A DNA stretch of 64,000 nucleotides. Origin: an uncultured Nitrososphaeraceae archaeon. GTDB lineage: Archaea; Thermoproteota; Nitrososphaeria; Nitrososphaerales; Nitrososphaeraceae. Made by a program: the position numbers and the translations under genes. A model generated the notes under the pieces. The model saw only the letters and a program-made list of their open reading frames with translations. It searched no databases and had not been told where the DNA came from. Position 1 is the first letter of the stretch, and every line of letters starts with the position of its first letter. Location: NCBI GenBank assembly GCA_963765895.1, contig CAVXZB010000059.1, positions 1 through 64,000 of the forward strand, read 5' to 3'. Shown piece after piece: positions 1 to 13,638 of the stretch.

Positions 1-265
1 TTATGATATATATACAAACTGATCGTGCAGTTACTATGAATTAAGTTATTGACATCAACATACCTGACAAAAAGCTGTATATGTTTGAATTATCTATTTT
101 TGTTGCATAAAATGCATCTATTCCATTTCATCTTGGAAAAACCGCACAATCTGCAATAAAAATTAAGGACCTATAAAATTATATGCGATCGAGATGAAAG
201 CAAAGAATGGCTTTATGTCAGCCAGGATTTCATCATTCTACTTTTCAAAAATCTAGTACATATTC

Positions 266-676
266 ATGGCCCATGACCTGAATGTGTCCCTCTGCGATGT
301 CTGTGTTCACAAACTAACTCCTGAACCTACACAAGGCACGGATCTCACTATGGACACTATTTACGGTTGGACTATGGACTACGAAAATTTTAGAGAATCT
401 GGCAATTCTCTAAAATTTGATGCTTTGAAAAATGCTGATTTTGTTCAAATAGTAAACAGTAAGCTATCGATTGTCAGAAATACACCTAGAGGTAGATTTT
501 TTCCTACTTTTCTTATTAATCCAGAATTAAAAGATGAATTTACTAGAGATCTAGAACAAGATCAGGACACTGTGAAGCGCATGTTATATGATGTTCCTAG
601 CGCAATAGATAGAAGGAATATCACATTAAAATTATGGGCAGGATGTGGACAGCACTTAGTTGCAGTAGGATATTGA
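266..676 (+). CDS. hypothetical protein
   Basis: 136-aa ORF with natural-looking composition; no family recognised; may be a fragment. Confidence 0.35.
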   Translation: MAHDLNVSLCDVCVHKLTPEPTQGTDLTMDTIYGWTMDYENFRESGNSLKFDALKNADFVQIVNSKLSIVRNTPRGRFFPTFLINPELKDEFTRDLEQDQDTVKRMLYDVPSAIDRRNITLKLWAGCGQHLVAVGY

Positions 677-730
677 ATAAACTTTTCATTGTTTCTATCT
701 TTCCTATCTTGTCTAGAAGCTTTTATGTGT

Positions 731-1349
731 TTATCTAGTAATTATTCGCTGATCGCTTTCTGGATAGGGATATTCCATGTATTTAGTCTGCTGCCTTCCC
801 AACCTTGATACCTAGAAAATAGCTGACGATTCTTAGCGCTAAGTCTATGCCGGAAGAAATACCGGCGGAAGTAAAGATTGGTTCGACAGTTGTAAATCGG
901 ACATCTTCCCGTATTTTGACTTCTGGAGCTGACGTACGAAGAAAATCAAAGGCCTGCCAATGAGTAGTTGCTTCTCGTCCGTTTAATAAACCAGCTCTTC
1001 CAAGAAGACTAGAACCAGTGCATACTGATGCCGTCAACCTAGCCTTAGTTGCTCGATCTGCAATCCATCCAAGTATCATTTTATTACTTATTTCCTTGGG
1101 CGTACCCCAACCGCCAGGAATAATTAGCAAATCTAGATCTGGGCAGTTGTGGATCGTCGTACTAGGCGTAAATATAAGTCCGCCGACTGCAGTGATCTGA
1201 TGTAAATTTTCTGAAACGAGAAGTACCTTAAAGGGCGAGGATTCTTCATGTTGGCGATTTTCATTCAAACGCGTTATAGAAAATACTTCAAATGGTCCTG
1301 CAACGTCTAAGACTTCGACTTGATCAAAGATAAGTATTCCAACTATCAT
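731..1349 (-). CDS. DJ-1/PfpI (ThiJ) family protein, frameshifted near the C-terminus
   Basis: Motifs EVLDVAGPFEVF, LIIPGGWG, ASVCTGS (nucleophile Cys), ATTHW, TSAGISSGIDLAL. The ORF stops at 783, but the expected tail KYMEYPYPESDQRIITR* continues in another frame to 731. Confidence 0.85.
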
Positions 1350-2080
1350 TTTATTATTTGCTTCATTCTATAATATGTTATTATTGTTTCTGGAACTCAT
1401 ACTAAACGTTACAAATCAGTTTTCATTTATGATTTATTTTTTTATCGTAAACGCAAGTCCCTAAACACTTCAATTGACAATTATTATGACCAACAGATTG
1501 ATTTAATTATTTTAAGCCTCGCTTAGGAAATTTTTACTACTATATTAGTAATAGTACCAATCTGAATAGTGATAAGATCGGGTGCTGAACTAACTTATTA
1601 TCATTCATGTCTGCTCTCAAAGGTTCATTTTAGTATGATAATTAGTCTATCTATTATGGTTTAAATTATTAAGACATATTACACATACTAACGATATTGG
1701 TAAGAATGATCGAAAGAATTAACAATAACAATTAAAAGATTCCTGACTGACATTTATAAGACTGAGTTGCATTTTATGATCGAACCTTCAGAATATCTTA
1801 CGATGTTCAGCACAATTGATATGCTCATCTGAAAATATACAGTACAATACAATACTCCTTCAGGTGCCTATTTCTTTGGTGCTGAATCTAACAACAATTA
1901 TTGGTACTAACACGGTTGGCTGTGATCCTTTATTTGATCTGTACTCTAAACAAACACTGAATCCACATATATGGAATAGTAGTTTTGGTTAACAAAAGTC
2001 TTGTACATATTAATTTACAATGCTTATTACTTATGCAAATCACATTTTAAACATCTAGTGATGAATGACTGAAATTAGCC

Positions 2081-2452
2081 ATGGCAAGAAGAGTATTGCT
2101 TGTAGATGATGAACTTGATATAGTATATCCGGTCAAAGTAGGATTAGAACGCAAAGGGTTTGAAGTTGACAGTTATATAGATCCAATATTAGCACTGCAG
2201 AATTTCAAAAGGGGAACATATCAGTTATTAATTTTACACGTCAAAATGCCTAAGATGAATGGTCTAGACCTCCTAGACAAGATCAAAAAAGAAGATGATA
2301 AAATCAAAGTTTGTTTTTTCACAGCATCTGAAGAGTTTGCTTCTAATTATAAGAACGTATTCAAAGACTCTCAGGATAAATTTCTCTTTATATCAAAACC
2401 AATATCAATTCCTAAAATGACTAAACAGATAGAACAGTTTGTAAGATTATAA
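2081..2452 (+). CDS. stand-alone response regulator receiver protein (atypical: His at the phosphoacceptor position)
   Basis: VLLVDDE...LLILHVKMPKMNG...FFTA...ISKP receiver signature; the usual Asp is His (codon CAC). Confidence 0.85.
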   Translation: MARRVLLVDDELDIVYPVKVGLERKGFEVDSYIDPILALQNFKRGTYQLLILHVKMPKMNGLDLLDKIKKEDDKIKVCFFTASEEFASNYKNVFKDSQDKFLFISKPISIPKMTKQIEQFVRL

Positions 2453-2944
2453 CAATGTATGTATGTATGTAGGAAAATGCATTAAACAAAAGATCAAATT
2501 GAATAGCATACATAATAAATATTTGGAAGAATACATATACGCTAGCATCTGCAGTAGAGCTAAAGCCGACAATACAATCACACAAGATGTGACATTTAAA
2601 GATCTGATATTCAAAGACCTCAAGAAAAAGAGTTAGTTGTCTAGCAATAGAAAAGCAACAACCTAGGTTACTCGATAGACCACAGAATAAGCAGTTCCGG
2701 CATGGAGTAATATTGAAGAACATGGATGAGAGAATGTAAGAAGTTGCGGAGATTGCTGCTTTAATCATATCCTCGGCCTATAACTGTAATTTAGTTGTAG
2801 GCAAGTACATAGTACGGCTTAGGGTAACATGTGGTCTAGCACTTCGAGGACCTTCTGTCTCATTTACATGGCAAGTAATAGCCTATTCGCCGCCACCAAA
2901 TATCACATGTGTTCCCAACAGCAGAAATGGCAGGCTTATAATGG

Positions 2945-3210
2945 GGTACAAATGGAGATGACATTCAGATAGGATGTTCAGCAACAGACCTCAAAGGCAA
3001 TGGTGGAAATAAGAGAACAAACGATATAATGGAGATGATCTTGTGGATATGAAGATGATCGTATTAAGTTCAGGAACGATAAACTGCATGGCAACGCAGG
3101 AAATGATATGATTCGAGGGGCCCGGCAACGACCAATTATTTAGGAGTAATAGTAAGGATGTACTTACTGGAGGTCCAGGAAATGATCAGTTTAATTGTGG
3201 TGTAGGCATA
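2945..3210 (+). pseudogene. remnant of RTX/haemolysin-type Ca-binding repeat protein
   Basis: Manual translation across frameshifts gives GTNGDDIQIG..., NDKLHGNAGNDMIRG/PGNDQLF...KDVLTGGPGNDQFNCGVG (GGxGxDxL nonapeptides). Not in the ORF track. Confidence 0.65.
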
Positions 3211-3742
3211 CAAGATTTGGCTCGAGCTACGCAATATACTCGATGCGTAGTAAATTTACTAAACGAACAAGTGGACATAGATCGAAATGTATATAATCCC
3301 TATTTGGTAGTCTTATTGGAACTAATACCGGTGGTAGTAATGTTAGTCAACATAGTTCTCGTATCGAAGATATACTTGGTATGTAATAAATATCAATACA
3401 AACCTCATACATTTTATGACTGCTATGAGTGTATCGTAAGAGATCAAAAATATATAAGTAGGTTTCAATTGCTTTCTACGCTGACAAAATCTCTGCAACA
3501 TTATGATTACTTTGTCCACCGTATTTTGATTATGCTCAATAACATGTATTTTACCTTAGGTAAAATTAAAAAGTGGCATCACATATTTCATATCTGATTT
3601 CTACGAACACATAAGACATTAGTCTATACATTTAATCTTAATTGAGAAATGATTTTAGTGTAATGTATTTCATAATTGTATTAGAAAACAGTTTTCTGAA
3701 ATGAGCGCAATAGTAGTCTCTAGGATGGGTGACATCGATTTC

Positions 3743-4633
<891 letters not shown>

Positions 4634-5243
4634 CCGCAATAACACTTTGCAATACATACTATTTCATGATTAGAGTGAACCCACGAATTATCCAGACTGA
4701 TTCAATATGATAACAATCATCTACTTGATGTATATAATGAGAATCTATTGTGGATCTATCAATACTTGGGTAGAAATTACTTTATTTTACCGGCAAACTA
4801 TGGGTTTTTATCATCCTTAAATTGATTGTCGAGTGTAGCCGCCAAAGTAGGTCTACCAAGTTCAAGGCCACAAGTTTTACAAAATTCCATTTAATGTCGT
4901 TTTACTGGCAGACCGTGTGATATACTTTTTAGTGATAGTGTACAACAAAAGTACTTCATACCCCACCTGATGCTTTACTATCGCCATTACTCAAACATCA
5001 ACGATTTCTCGATTGGCCGCCTTGGGATGAATTAATCGATAATTAGATACTCGCCTCTCTCCATCATTATGACGTCCAGGTAGACCGTGCAATTAATCTG
5101 GTTTACTAGAGATTAGATGTGACTTAAGAGGTTATCATCAAGAGGTTCCGCACCTCACCTCGGGTTCAGCTATGGCCGCTATTGCAATGTATTACTTTAG
5201 AAATTGTTGAGATACAATTAATGGTCTACTAGTAGATCAATAT

Positions 5244-5480
5244 TTGGACCTTTTGCAGGAGTATGGCGATCTTGCAATAGTTACTGTAAGGGATACTGAA
5301 ACTGGAATAGACCCAGAGATTTTACCAAGATTGATTGATAAATTTACATCAAAATCCTTTCACGGAATAGGCCTAGGCTTGTTTATCTCCAGAAGCATTA
5401 TTGAAGGACATGGAGGAAAAATTTTGGCTGAAAACAATTCTAATAAGATAGAAGTTTGGGTTTAGTTTACCACTAACTCT
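5244..5480 (+). pseudogene. histidine kinase HATPase_c C-terminal fragment
   Basis: VTVRDTETGIDPEILPRL...FTSKSFHGIGLGLFISRSIIEGHGGKILAENN (G1/F/G2 boxes); no HisKA domain upstream. Confidence 0.8.
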
Positions 5481-5787
5481 GCATATTTCTAAATAAAGCC
5501 TGTTATGAAATATCGGTACTTATGTGTATGAACTTCTGGTTGTAGATTATCGCTTAGAATAGGATTGATCATATATTTGTTCAACGCCATCAAACCTGTT
5601 ATCTACAATGTTTACTGCGACGATAATGTGTTATCCTATGAATCAGATGCATGCAATAATCTTTTAGGTGTTTAGAATTATACATTTGGCAATAATAATC
5701 AAAATATGAATGAAAATCTGTCTGTTAGGACCAACTAGCACTCTCAAGATGTGATAATTGGTGTCACAGTTTCATTCATTCATTCAT

Positions 5788-7034
5788 TCATTCATCTGAG
5801 GGTTTTATACTTTTAAAATTAAAATACAAAATAACATCATATACAATTTTTAATACTCCTCCTAATATAAATGGGGCTGATAAGAGTGATAGTGACTGCA
5901 ATATATAGCCGGCTAATGAGGGAGATACTGCTTGTGTTATATTTCTTGAAATATTGGTGATCCCTGCTGCCTGCAGTTCGTTCATCCTCCCCAACTACTG
6001 CAACCAGATATGATTGTCTTGTAGGCACGTCCATTTGCGAGAGTCATTCTCGCAAGGTAGAATGCGACTGCTAGTGGAAAAGTAGGAGCAAACGCAACGG
6101 GTATAAGCAAAATATTGGATGGAATATGTGTAAACACCATTGTATTAATCAATCCTATTCTATTAGCAATTTTTGCAGCTGCAAGGAACGAGAACGCAGT
6201 AAGAACTCCAGCTATGGAGAAAATATAAGATAGTGTTGTTAATTCAACTCCAAATTTTGTAAAAAACCATAACGAAACTATACTTTGAATAACAAAACCC
6301 CCCGCAAAAGAATCTAGAGCGAAGAGAGAGGATAGTTTACCAACGATTTGCTTTGATTTTGGTGATAGTGTCTGTTTGAGTGGTTTAGATAGGTTATCAT
6401 CATTCACCTGGACCTCCACTTTATTCGAAATCAAATAGTAAATGCCTAATGTCGCAAGTCCAATGATGCTATAAAGTAGAAAAAGTGGTCTAATAGATTC
6501 AATTTGGTTTAATCCATACTGTTGTGCAATGATCTGTGGTAGACCAGAAAGTAGAACACCTGCAGACATTGCAAAGGTTCCAACCATATTGTAAAGGGCG
6601 TAAACTGTATTCCTTTTCTTTACATCATTAATCGTCTGAGGTAACACTGCTTGTTCTATTGAAAGGAAAGCACCAGTCTCAGTTCCAGTTACATTAATTG
6701 TACCTATTAAGGCAGATGCAATTAAATCTATATAATTAGTTGTTACAAAAAATATTACTCCAGATAAGGACATCAGAGCTGCATATAAGATCAGAATTTT
6801 TCTTCTACCTATTCTATCTGCATAAAAACTTGTTATTAGAGTAAAGATTACACTATTTATTAAAGTAGCAGTCAGTATTAGGCCAATGTAAAAATCTTCA
6901 ATACCGACTAATTTTAGATAGATTGCAAGAATTACATTTAGAAAACCATATGCAAATGTTCTTAGAGTTCTTGCAGCTAAAAGAAGTTTGCCATCTTTAG
7001 ACAACCAACAAAATAGAGTTACTTTGGTGTCCAT
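5788..7034 (-). pseudogene. MFS transporter, frameshifted near the 3' end
   Basis: Motif A (ADRIGRRK), many TM segments; C-terminal part split across ORFs 5982-7076, 5837-6034 (MDVPTRQSYLVAVV) and 5788-5994. Confidence 0.85.
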
Positions 7035-7149
7035 TCTAATCTCATCTGAATCTCGGACTAATTCTATTATGCACATACATAAATGTACACATTCAACAAG
7101 TATTATACAATATAAATAATCCTTATAGCATGAAGTGATTGCAATAATA

Positions 7150-7793
7150 GAGCGGCTACTATTGCTGCCAAGCTTAGCAGTTCAGTATAACTAAAATTGC
7201 TGTCTTATCATTTTCGTCTTGATTTTCCTCTAGTATACGTTGATGGAAATAACTTAAAGTTTCACCTGCAACTATTCTATATGACTCTGATTCATACTGA
7301 CCTTCTCTTCGTGAAGGGCTAATGATTTCCAATTAATACTAGTCTATTTCTAGATGTTTTTGGTCTTAAAATTGACTTGTAAGATATCATGTGTGGCTAC
7401 CCTTTACAAGGTAAAGTGTGAGAAAACCATTTCATTTCCAGTTTGTGGATTCTTTTTATATCAAACTTTTCACCATCATAAATGAGAGCAAATCAATCCC
7501 TCCTCATCTTGAGTACCAGCATGAATAATTTTGTAGTCATGATTAAACAAGCTTGCTAAACTACTGACCAGTTTCTCAACTACAGGTATATTTTCAATCT
7601 CACAAATACCAAGAATGTCAGGTCGAGTATTATTATTCATTTTGGAAATAAATTTTTGAAAGTTCGTCGAGTATATCTTCAGTCCATCCCTCTAATTCAT
7701 CTTTATTCTTTGTAATTTGTCAGTTCTATTTGGAGAGTTTTCTACATCAAACAAATTTTCAATATTCCACCATGCAATAAAATATTCTTTCAT
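7150..7793 (-). pseudogene. endonuclease/exonuclease/phosphatase family remnant
   Basis: Manual translation from ATG 7793: MKEYFIAWWNIENLFDVENSPNR...PDILGICEIEN...; several frameshifts and stops; 3' boundary approximate. Confidence 0.65.
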
Positions 7794-8030
7794 TTCATTT
7801 TACTACCCTACGTATATTCAAGATTATTGCTTCTAATATTTTAGTATGAGTCATATATGATTAGTAAGCAAATCTTTGCAGAGTTTTCATACAAACAGGA
7901 TAGATTGAAACAGGAACCAAAATCAATAAAAGGACTAAATCCGATCAAACAAAGGGCAGATAATCAATGAAGTTCCACAGAATATGAATGAACCATAGTG
8001 ACAAGAATTGGTAGAATATATCATCAATTT

Positions 8031-8978
8031 GGCTGTGTAGAAACCATCTCATACAGTCAAAGCTTTGTAAGAGTATAATACCAATAGTCTATTGAAAGAA
8101 TCAATGTACGTCAGACTTGCAGGTACTATGTTCCGTGTTTTGAAGCATGCAAGGATTCCTCTATTTTCTAACAGGAAAAGTAATCACATATTTACAATAT
8201 GGCAGCACATAGTTCTAGTTGCTATACGACAGTATGAAGGTAAGAGTTATAGAATGTTTGTCGAGTGGTTAATTGAAGCCTATTACCTAAGGTCATTTCT
8301 ACGGTTGTCACGTATTCCTCATTTTACAACATTGCAAAAGTTTACAGATAGAATCAATAATTCATTGCTTGAAAAGATAATTTCGTCATTCATTGTAATT
8401 AGTGGTACCAAGCATATCTTTGCAGGAATAGATTCAACAGGATTTAAGATAACTCATGCATCACAATATTATACTGATCGAACAGAATTGAGAAGAAAAT
8501 ATGCGAAATTATCTATTGGAGTAGATGTATTACAACAAATCATATGTACAATTAAGATAAGACGAGCTCCAACAAGGCATGATAATGTAGATTTCAGGCC
8601 AATTATAACAAGGACATCAAATATTCTTCCATTATCCGTAGTTACAGCTGATAAGGGTTACGATAGTGAAGATAATCACCTTCTCGTAAGAGAGGACTTA
8701 CATGCATTCAGTATTATTCCTGCTCGATATGAACATGTACCGATGTGGAGAACACATGGTAAGTACAGAAAGCAGATGAAGCGTGGTTACTCCAAATTGC
8801 TGTACAATCAACGAAACAAAGATGAAACCATAATATCAGTCATAAAACGACTATTTGGAGAGCATCTTATGTCTAGATTGACTAGAATGCAGAACAGAGA
8901 GTTATCATTTAGATGTATCACCTACAATATGCATAGACTGACTAATCTTGTAATATTGATGATGTTTTCTACATAGCC
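8031..8978 (+). mobile_element. IS5-family (IS903-like) insertion sequence, complete, 948 bp
   Basis: 18-bp terminal IRs GGCTGTGTAGAAACCATC (8031) and reverse complement GGCTATGTAGAAAACATC (8961-8978); 9-bp target duplication CATCAATTT at 8022-8030 and 8979-8987. Confidence 0.93.
8092..8976 (+). CDS. IS5-family DDE transposase
   Basis: GIDSTG, ADKGYDSE, YNQRNKDETIISVIKR (Y-2-R-3-E-6-K signature); intact ORF. Confidence 0.93.
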   Translation: MKESMYVRLAGTMFRVLKHARIPLFSNRKSNHIFTIWQHIVLVAIRQYEGKSYRMFVEWLIEAYYLRSFLRLSRIPHFTTLQKFTDRINNSLLEKIISSFIVISGTKHIFAGIDSTGFKITHASQYYTDRTELRRKYAKLSIGVDVLQQIICTIKIRRAPTRHDNVDFRPIITRTSNILPLSVVTADKGYDSEDNHLLVREDLHAFSIIPARYEHVPMWRTHGKYRKQMKRGYSKLLYNQRNKDETIISVIKRLFGEHLMSRLTRMQNRELSFRCITYNMHRLTNLVILMMFST

Positions 8979-9279
8979 CATCAATTTATCAAGCTGGAGG
9001 AAAAGGAGTAGAATATAATGTAAAGTAATATACGTGTAGTTAGGCAGAAGGCTTGAATATTAGTTAAACCTTAGATTTGGAGTCATGTCAACTATAAGTA
9101 AGTTATAGTGTTGTGGCACTAAAATGTCTGAGTGAGATTATAAAATAGACTTTAATATTGAAGATTACTATGCAGCAATCAATTGAATTTATTAGGTTTA
9201 AAGAAATAGGCTTTACCAATAAGTTGGTATCCACAACCACTTTATACAAATATAATACCGTACGCATGAAATATTCAAA

Positions 9280-10041
9280 ATGTACAAGATTCTTATCACT
9301 ACATTAATCTTGGTAATACCCACTATTGTCTGTCTTTCGTCGAATATTTCATCACATGCTCAGCCCTCGCAAGGCAATCACACTATAATAGTATCCGGTC
9401 ATGATTTCAATAGTACGTTGTCTACTTCTGGAAAGTCCATGATAAAAATAAAACCAGATAAAGTTACACTCTCACTAGGTGTTGAGACTACTAATAAAAC
9501 TGCTGATGCCGCATTAGTTTCCAATTCAAAGCTGATGGGTAAAATACTTATTGCATTAAAAAAAGTAGGAGTCAAGGACAATGAGACAAATACAGTTTCA
9601 TTTGACATTTCACCAAATTATAACTACTCACAATCAAACAGAGGTAATCTGATTGGATTTACAGCGAGAAACTCCATCATAATCGAAAGCTCTAACATTA
9701 ATGCAACATCTAATTGGATCGATACTGCAATAACCTCAGGAGCCAATAACATTAACAGTATAGATTTCACAATTTCCGATAAGAAGCTAGAACAAATCAA
9801 GAATTCGTTGATCAAGCCTGCGATTGATAACGCCGTAGAGAAAGCTGATATTGCAGCCTCTGCACTAGGATTAAAAATAGTTGGAGTGAAATCCATTAAG
9901 CTTTTAGAATTTACAGCATCTCCATTATCGCAGCAAGAATTTGCCACAAAAGCTATGGTTTCAAAGCCTTCAACACCAATCATTGCAGGTGAACAGACGA
10001 TATCACAAAATGTTGACATTATTTTTAATGTCGGTAAATAA
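9280..10041 (+). CDS. SIMPL (DUF541) domain protein, secreted
   Basis: Signal peptide; KPDKVTLSLGVET, GANNINSIDF, AIDNAVEKADIAA, PIIAGEQTI. Confidence 0.88.
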   Translation: MYKILITTLILVIPTIVCLSSNISSHAQPSQGNHTIIVSGHDFNSTLSTSGKSMIKIKPDKVTLSLGVETTNKTADAALVSNSKLMGKILIALKKVGVKDNETNTVSFDISPNYNYSQSNRGNLIGFTARNSIIIESSNINATSNWIDTAITSGANNINSIDFTISDKKLEQIKNSLIKPAIDNAVEKADIAASALGLKIVGVKSIKLLEFTASPLSQQEFATKAMVSKPSTPIIAGEQTISQNVDIIFNVGK

Positions 10042-10953
10042 AAACATTTTATTTTTTTACTTGGTATGACTTAGTATTATATAATATCTGTTCCCACTTT
10101 ATTATACACATTATTCTTTTATCGATCGTTACAACATCTCTAATCAGTAATCTGACCATTAAATAGCAGGAAATGTTTTTGCAGTTCTTGTCCAAGCGGC
10201 AATAGTAGTTGATCACAGTCTTAACATACAAAAACGATTCTTATGGATAAGTATTTAGTATTCATCAAACTGGAATTCAAGACCTACAGAGTAAATACCA
10301 ATAGCTGGTAAAATAGCAGAAATGTCAAAGATACGACAGAACAAGCTCCTAAAATTGCTCTAAGAAATACTAAAACAATAAAAAAAGGAGATGCAATCAC
10401 AAAGAAGAAAAAATCTAAGGCTGCCGCCGTAAATCAAGCAAAGAACGAAGTTGCAAATGCAGATATAATAATGCGATCTCAAAGAGTAAAAAAGAGCAAG
10501 CCAAGAAAAGGGCCTAGGTGAGCCAAAGGCCAGTAAATAATAAAGGTTAGATATGATAAGCAAGAAAAAGATGAAAATAAATGCAAGACTTAGATATGAC
10601 CTATTTAAAATCTCTTATACGAGAAATTAGTGAGGTCCATTTTGACTCTTATTTTTAAAAGGCTCATTTGAATTATCATATCCTAGCAATCTGTTCATTA
10701 ATCATAGATAAAGAGCCTTTTTTGGATATTGAATGTATGGGATAGTTAGTTTTTCTTCTTCTTTCACCTTTCCTTGATGGAGAAAAGTAAGACTGTCACA
10801 GAACTTATATCTGAGCCATCAAAATAGATTTCGATTTCTAAAATTCCATATGTAAGTTGATATCAATAACTAATGAATTTACCTTGATAACTCAACCTTC
10901 TCCTATTGTTGTGGTAACGGTTCTCTTTCTTCTATTTGTACAAGTCATAGATT

Positions 10954-11154
10954 CTACTGTCCGTCATGATTATTCGGAATTCCTATATCATCACAGGGTA
11001 GTATATGAAATCTAGTCTCATCTTGAGGCAGATATTTGTCTGAGCAATGCTCTTTTTCGCTTTCGTTTGCGTACACTGTGTTACCATGTGTCATAACGCC
11101 CAACAGTACCAAGCCTGCGAGGATAACCACACTTACCGTGACGATTTTGTTCAT
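10954..11154 (-). CDS. small secreted hypothetical protein
   Basis: MNKIVTVSVVILAGLVLLG...VYA signal peptide followed by a short two-Cys mature peptide. Confidence 0.5.
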   Translation of the reverse strand: MNKIVTVSVVILAGLVLLGVMTHGNTVYANESEKEHCSDKYLPQDETRFHILPCDDIGIPNNHDGQ

Positions 11155-11382
11155 AATATGTGAAACACTTTTCGTAAACAAAAGGTTTCTAAACGTTATT
11201 TCCAAATAAACTACTACTTTATTTTTCTGCCTAAATCCAAGTCCTACTCTTCATAATATCGCGTTCCTACGTTTTTATAATTGATTTTGGTTATCCTGTA
11301 TTGTTCGTAGCTAACCTTTTTCATCCAGTCTGCCATATTGCCGCCGAGTTGTTCCTGAATAGCCATCGTTTATCATGCCCAG

Positions 11383-12474
11383 TTAATATGATTTGAGCGA
11401 AGCCATATCAATAGAAAAGCGATACTTTACATCCGTATGAGAAAGTCTCTCATAAGCCTCGTTGACCTTCTCGATTGGAATAACTTCCACATCAGCGGTG
11501 ATGTTATTTTTGTCGCAAAAGTCAAGCATCTCCTGTGTTTCGGCAATACCCCCGATGTTCGAGCCTGAGAGGCTGCGACGCTTCAATATAAGACTAAAGG
11601 CCGCTACTGCATGAGGCTTGTCTGGTGCACCAACGAGAGTCTTGTTACCATCGCGGCAGAGTAATCGTAGGTATGAGTTAATATCGTGTTCGGCTGAAAC
11701 AGCATCGAGGATGAAGTCGAAGCTGCCCTTCATGCTTGCGCATCTGATCGGTATTTCGCGAAATAACCACCTCGTCTGCGCCCAGGCGAAGTGCGTCTTC
11801 TTTTTTGTTAGGCGAAGTGGTAAAGACTAGTACATGTGCTCCAAGTGCATGAGCAATCTTTATTGCCATGTGACCGAGCCCACCGAGACCTACCACACCG
11901 ACCTTTTTGCCTTTGGTAACACCCCAATGTCGCATGGACGAGTAGGTTGTAATTCCGGCGCATAAGAGAGGTGCAGCTCCAGCGAGATCCAGGTTAGAAG
12001 GAACCCGTAGGACAAAATGATCTTTGACTACAATACTATCTGAATAGCCGCCATAGGTTACGCCTCCAAGGTGCTCATCTGGAGAGTTGTAGGTGAGTGT
12101 TATATGCGGACAATACTGCTCAAAACCAGCCTGACACTCTGGACAGCTACCGTCGGAGTCAACTAAGCAGCCAACTGCAGCAATATCACCGGGCTTGAAC
12201 TTGGTGACCGCGGAACCGACCTTGGTGACACGGCCAACGATCTCATGTCCAGGAACGCATGGATAGACAATTGGTATCGCACTCCACTCGTTACGAACGG
12301 TGTGAAGGCAGAGTGGCAGATACCACAGAAAAGAATTTCGATCTGAACATCATGTTCGCCCGGATCGCGTCGTGGGATGGTGATTGGGGCAAGTGGCGAT
12401 TTAGCATTCGCAGCAGCATAAGCCTTTGCTTTATAGTGACCACGTTCTTCAGAGCTAAATTGCGTGGTTGTCAT
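11383..12474 (-). pseudogene. Zn-dependent NAD(P) alcohol dehydrogenase (cinnamyl-ADH/YahK-like), frameshifted
   Basis: CGICHS, GHE, VGCLVDS, GVVGLGGLGH, DVKYRFSID distributed over at least three frames (shifts near 12310 and 11735). Confidence 0.88.
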
Positions 12475-12780
12475 GACAGTCTCTGCGATATGGTATAAAG
12501 CCATTTATGAACAAGCGGTCTGGGTAGAAGACGGTAATCGCAGCAATGAATCATCAATATTACTGTATTACAAAGCGAAAATTAGAAGTGTAATCTATAA
12601 TCCATATTTGTCATAACTATTGCCATTGTCGGCAAGTACTACGTGGTTATATAAAGGCAAAGAGTGGCGCTTAGTATGTCTAAACACAGCACTGAGTATT
12701 TACAAGACTAGATAGATATTTTGGCTGTATATGACGGAATATATTTCCGGGAATTCGAAAAATATATTTGAAAGAGGAAT

Positions 12781-13472
12781 ATGAAGGTGAATATGAAAAA
12801 CAGGTCATACATGATAATATTTCCTTTGGCTCTCATAATTTTGTTTAGTACGTCCATGGTTGCCTATGGCATTTCGTCTACACCACAACTGTATCTCAAG
12901 GATTCTTCACCTTATGGTACACCTTATGCGGATTGGATAAAGAAGTGGTGGCAATGGAATGTCTCAGTGCCTAAAACAGAACATCTGCAAACTAATCCAA
13001 AAACGGTTTGTGCTACAAAGGTATCTGGGCAAGTATCTTTCTAGTTCAAAACTTACAAGGCACTTCACACTACTCGTGTACAATTCCTGCCAAGAATGCT
13101 ATTATGGATCCCATATCGACTGGTTCGTGCACTTCGATAGAAGCGCATTCCTCTAAACCAGCTGACTTAATTAATTGTGCTACAATAGGGGACCAGCATC
13201 TCACATTCAAAGCGACACTGGATGGAGTACCGCTCAATAATCTGGAGAATAACTATGCCATGACTAAGATCTTCGATATGACTGTACCTAATGGTAATTT
13301 CGAACTTCTTAAAGGTGGCACGTACCCGACTGGCGCAGGTGGTTACTTTATCTTTCTAAAACCTCTTCCAGTCGGTGAACACAACTTGCATGTGACAGCA
13401 AGGGTCGTCAATCCTACTGATCCCTCATTTAACTTTGACTATGATACATCATATGATCTAAGAGTTCGATAG
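12781..13472 (+). pseudogene. secreted hypothetical protein, frameshifted near 13040
   Basis: Signal peptide, PYGTPYADWIKKWWQW, then CTIPAK...GYFIFLKPLPVGEHNL in the next frame. Confidence 0.7.
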
Positions 13473-13638
13473 CCTATAATGATGCAATCACTGCAACCGC
13501 AAACTGATTACCTGATCTCGAAGTTATTGTACAGAATCATAAACAAATCAGTGAGATCGCAACGACTAAGTGACAATCGGTAAGCGATCTATATTGCCTA
13601 TTTATTGGTACGTTTGGCATCCCTGATGACAAAAAGGT

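Noticed and set aside
2421-3597. ORFs 2421-2768 (-) and 3217-3597 (+)
   Set aside because: No recognisable motifs and atypical composition; likely spurious frames over decayed DNA.
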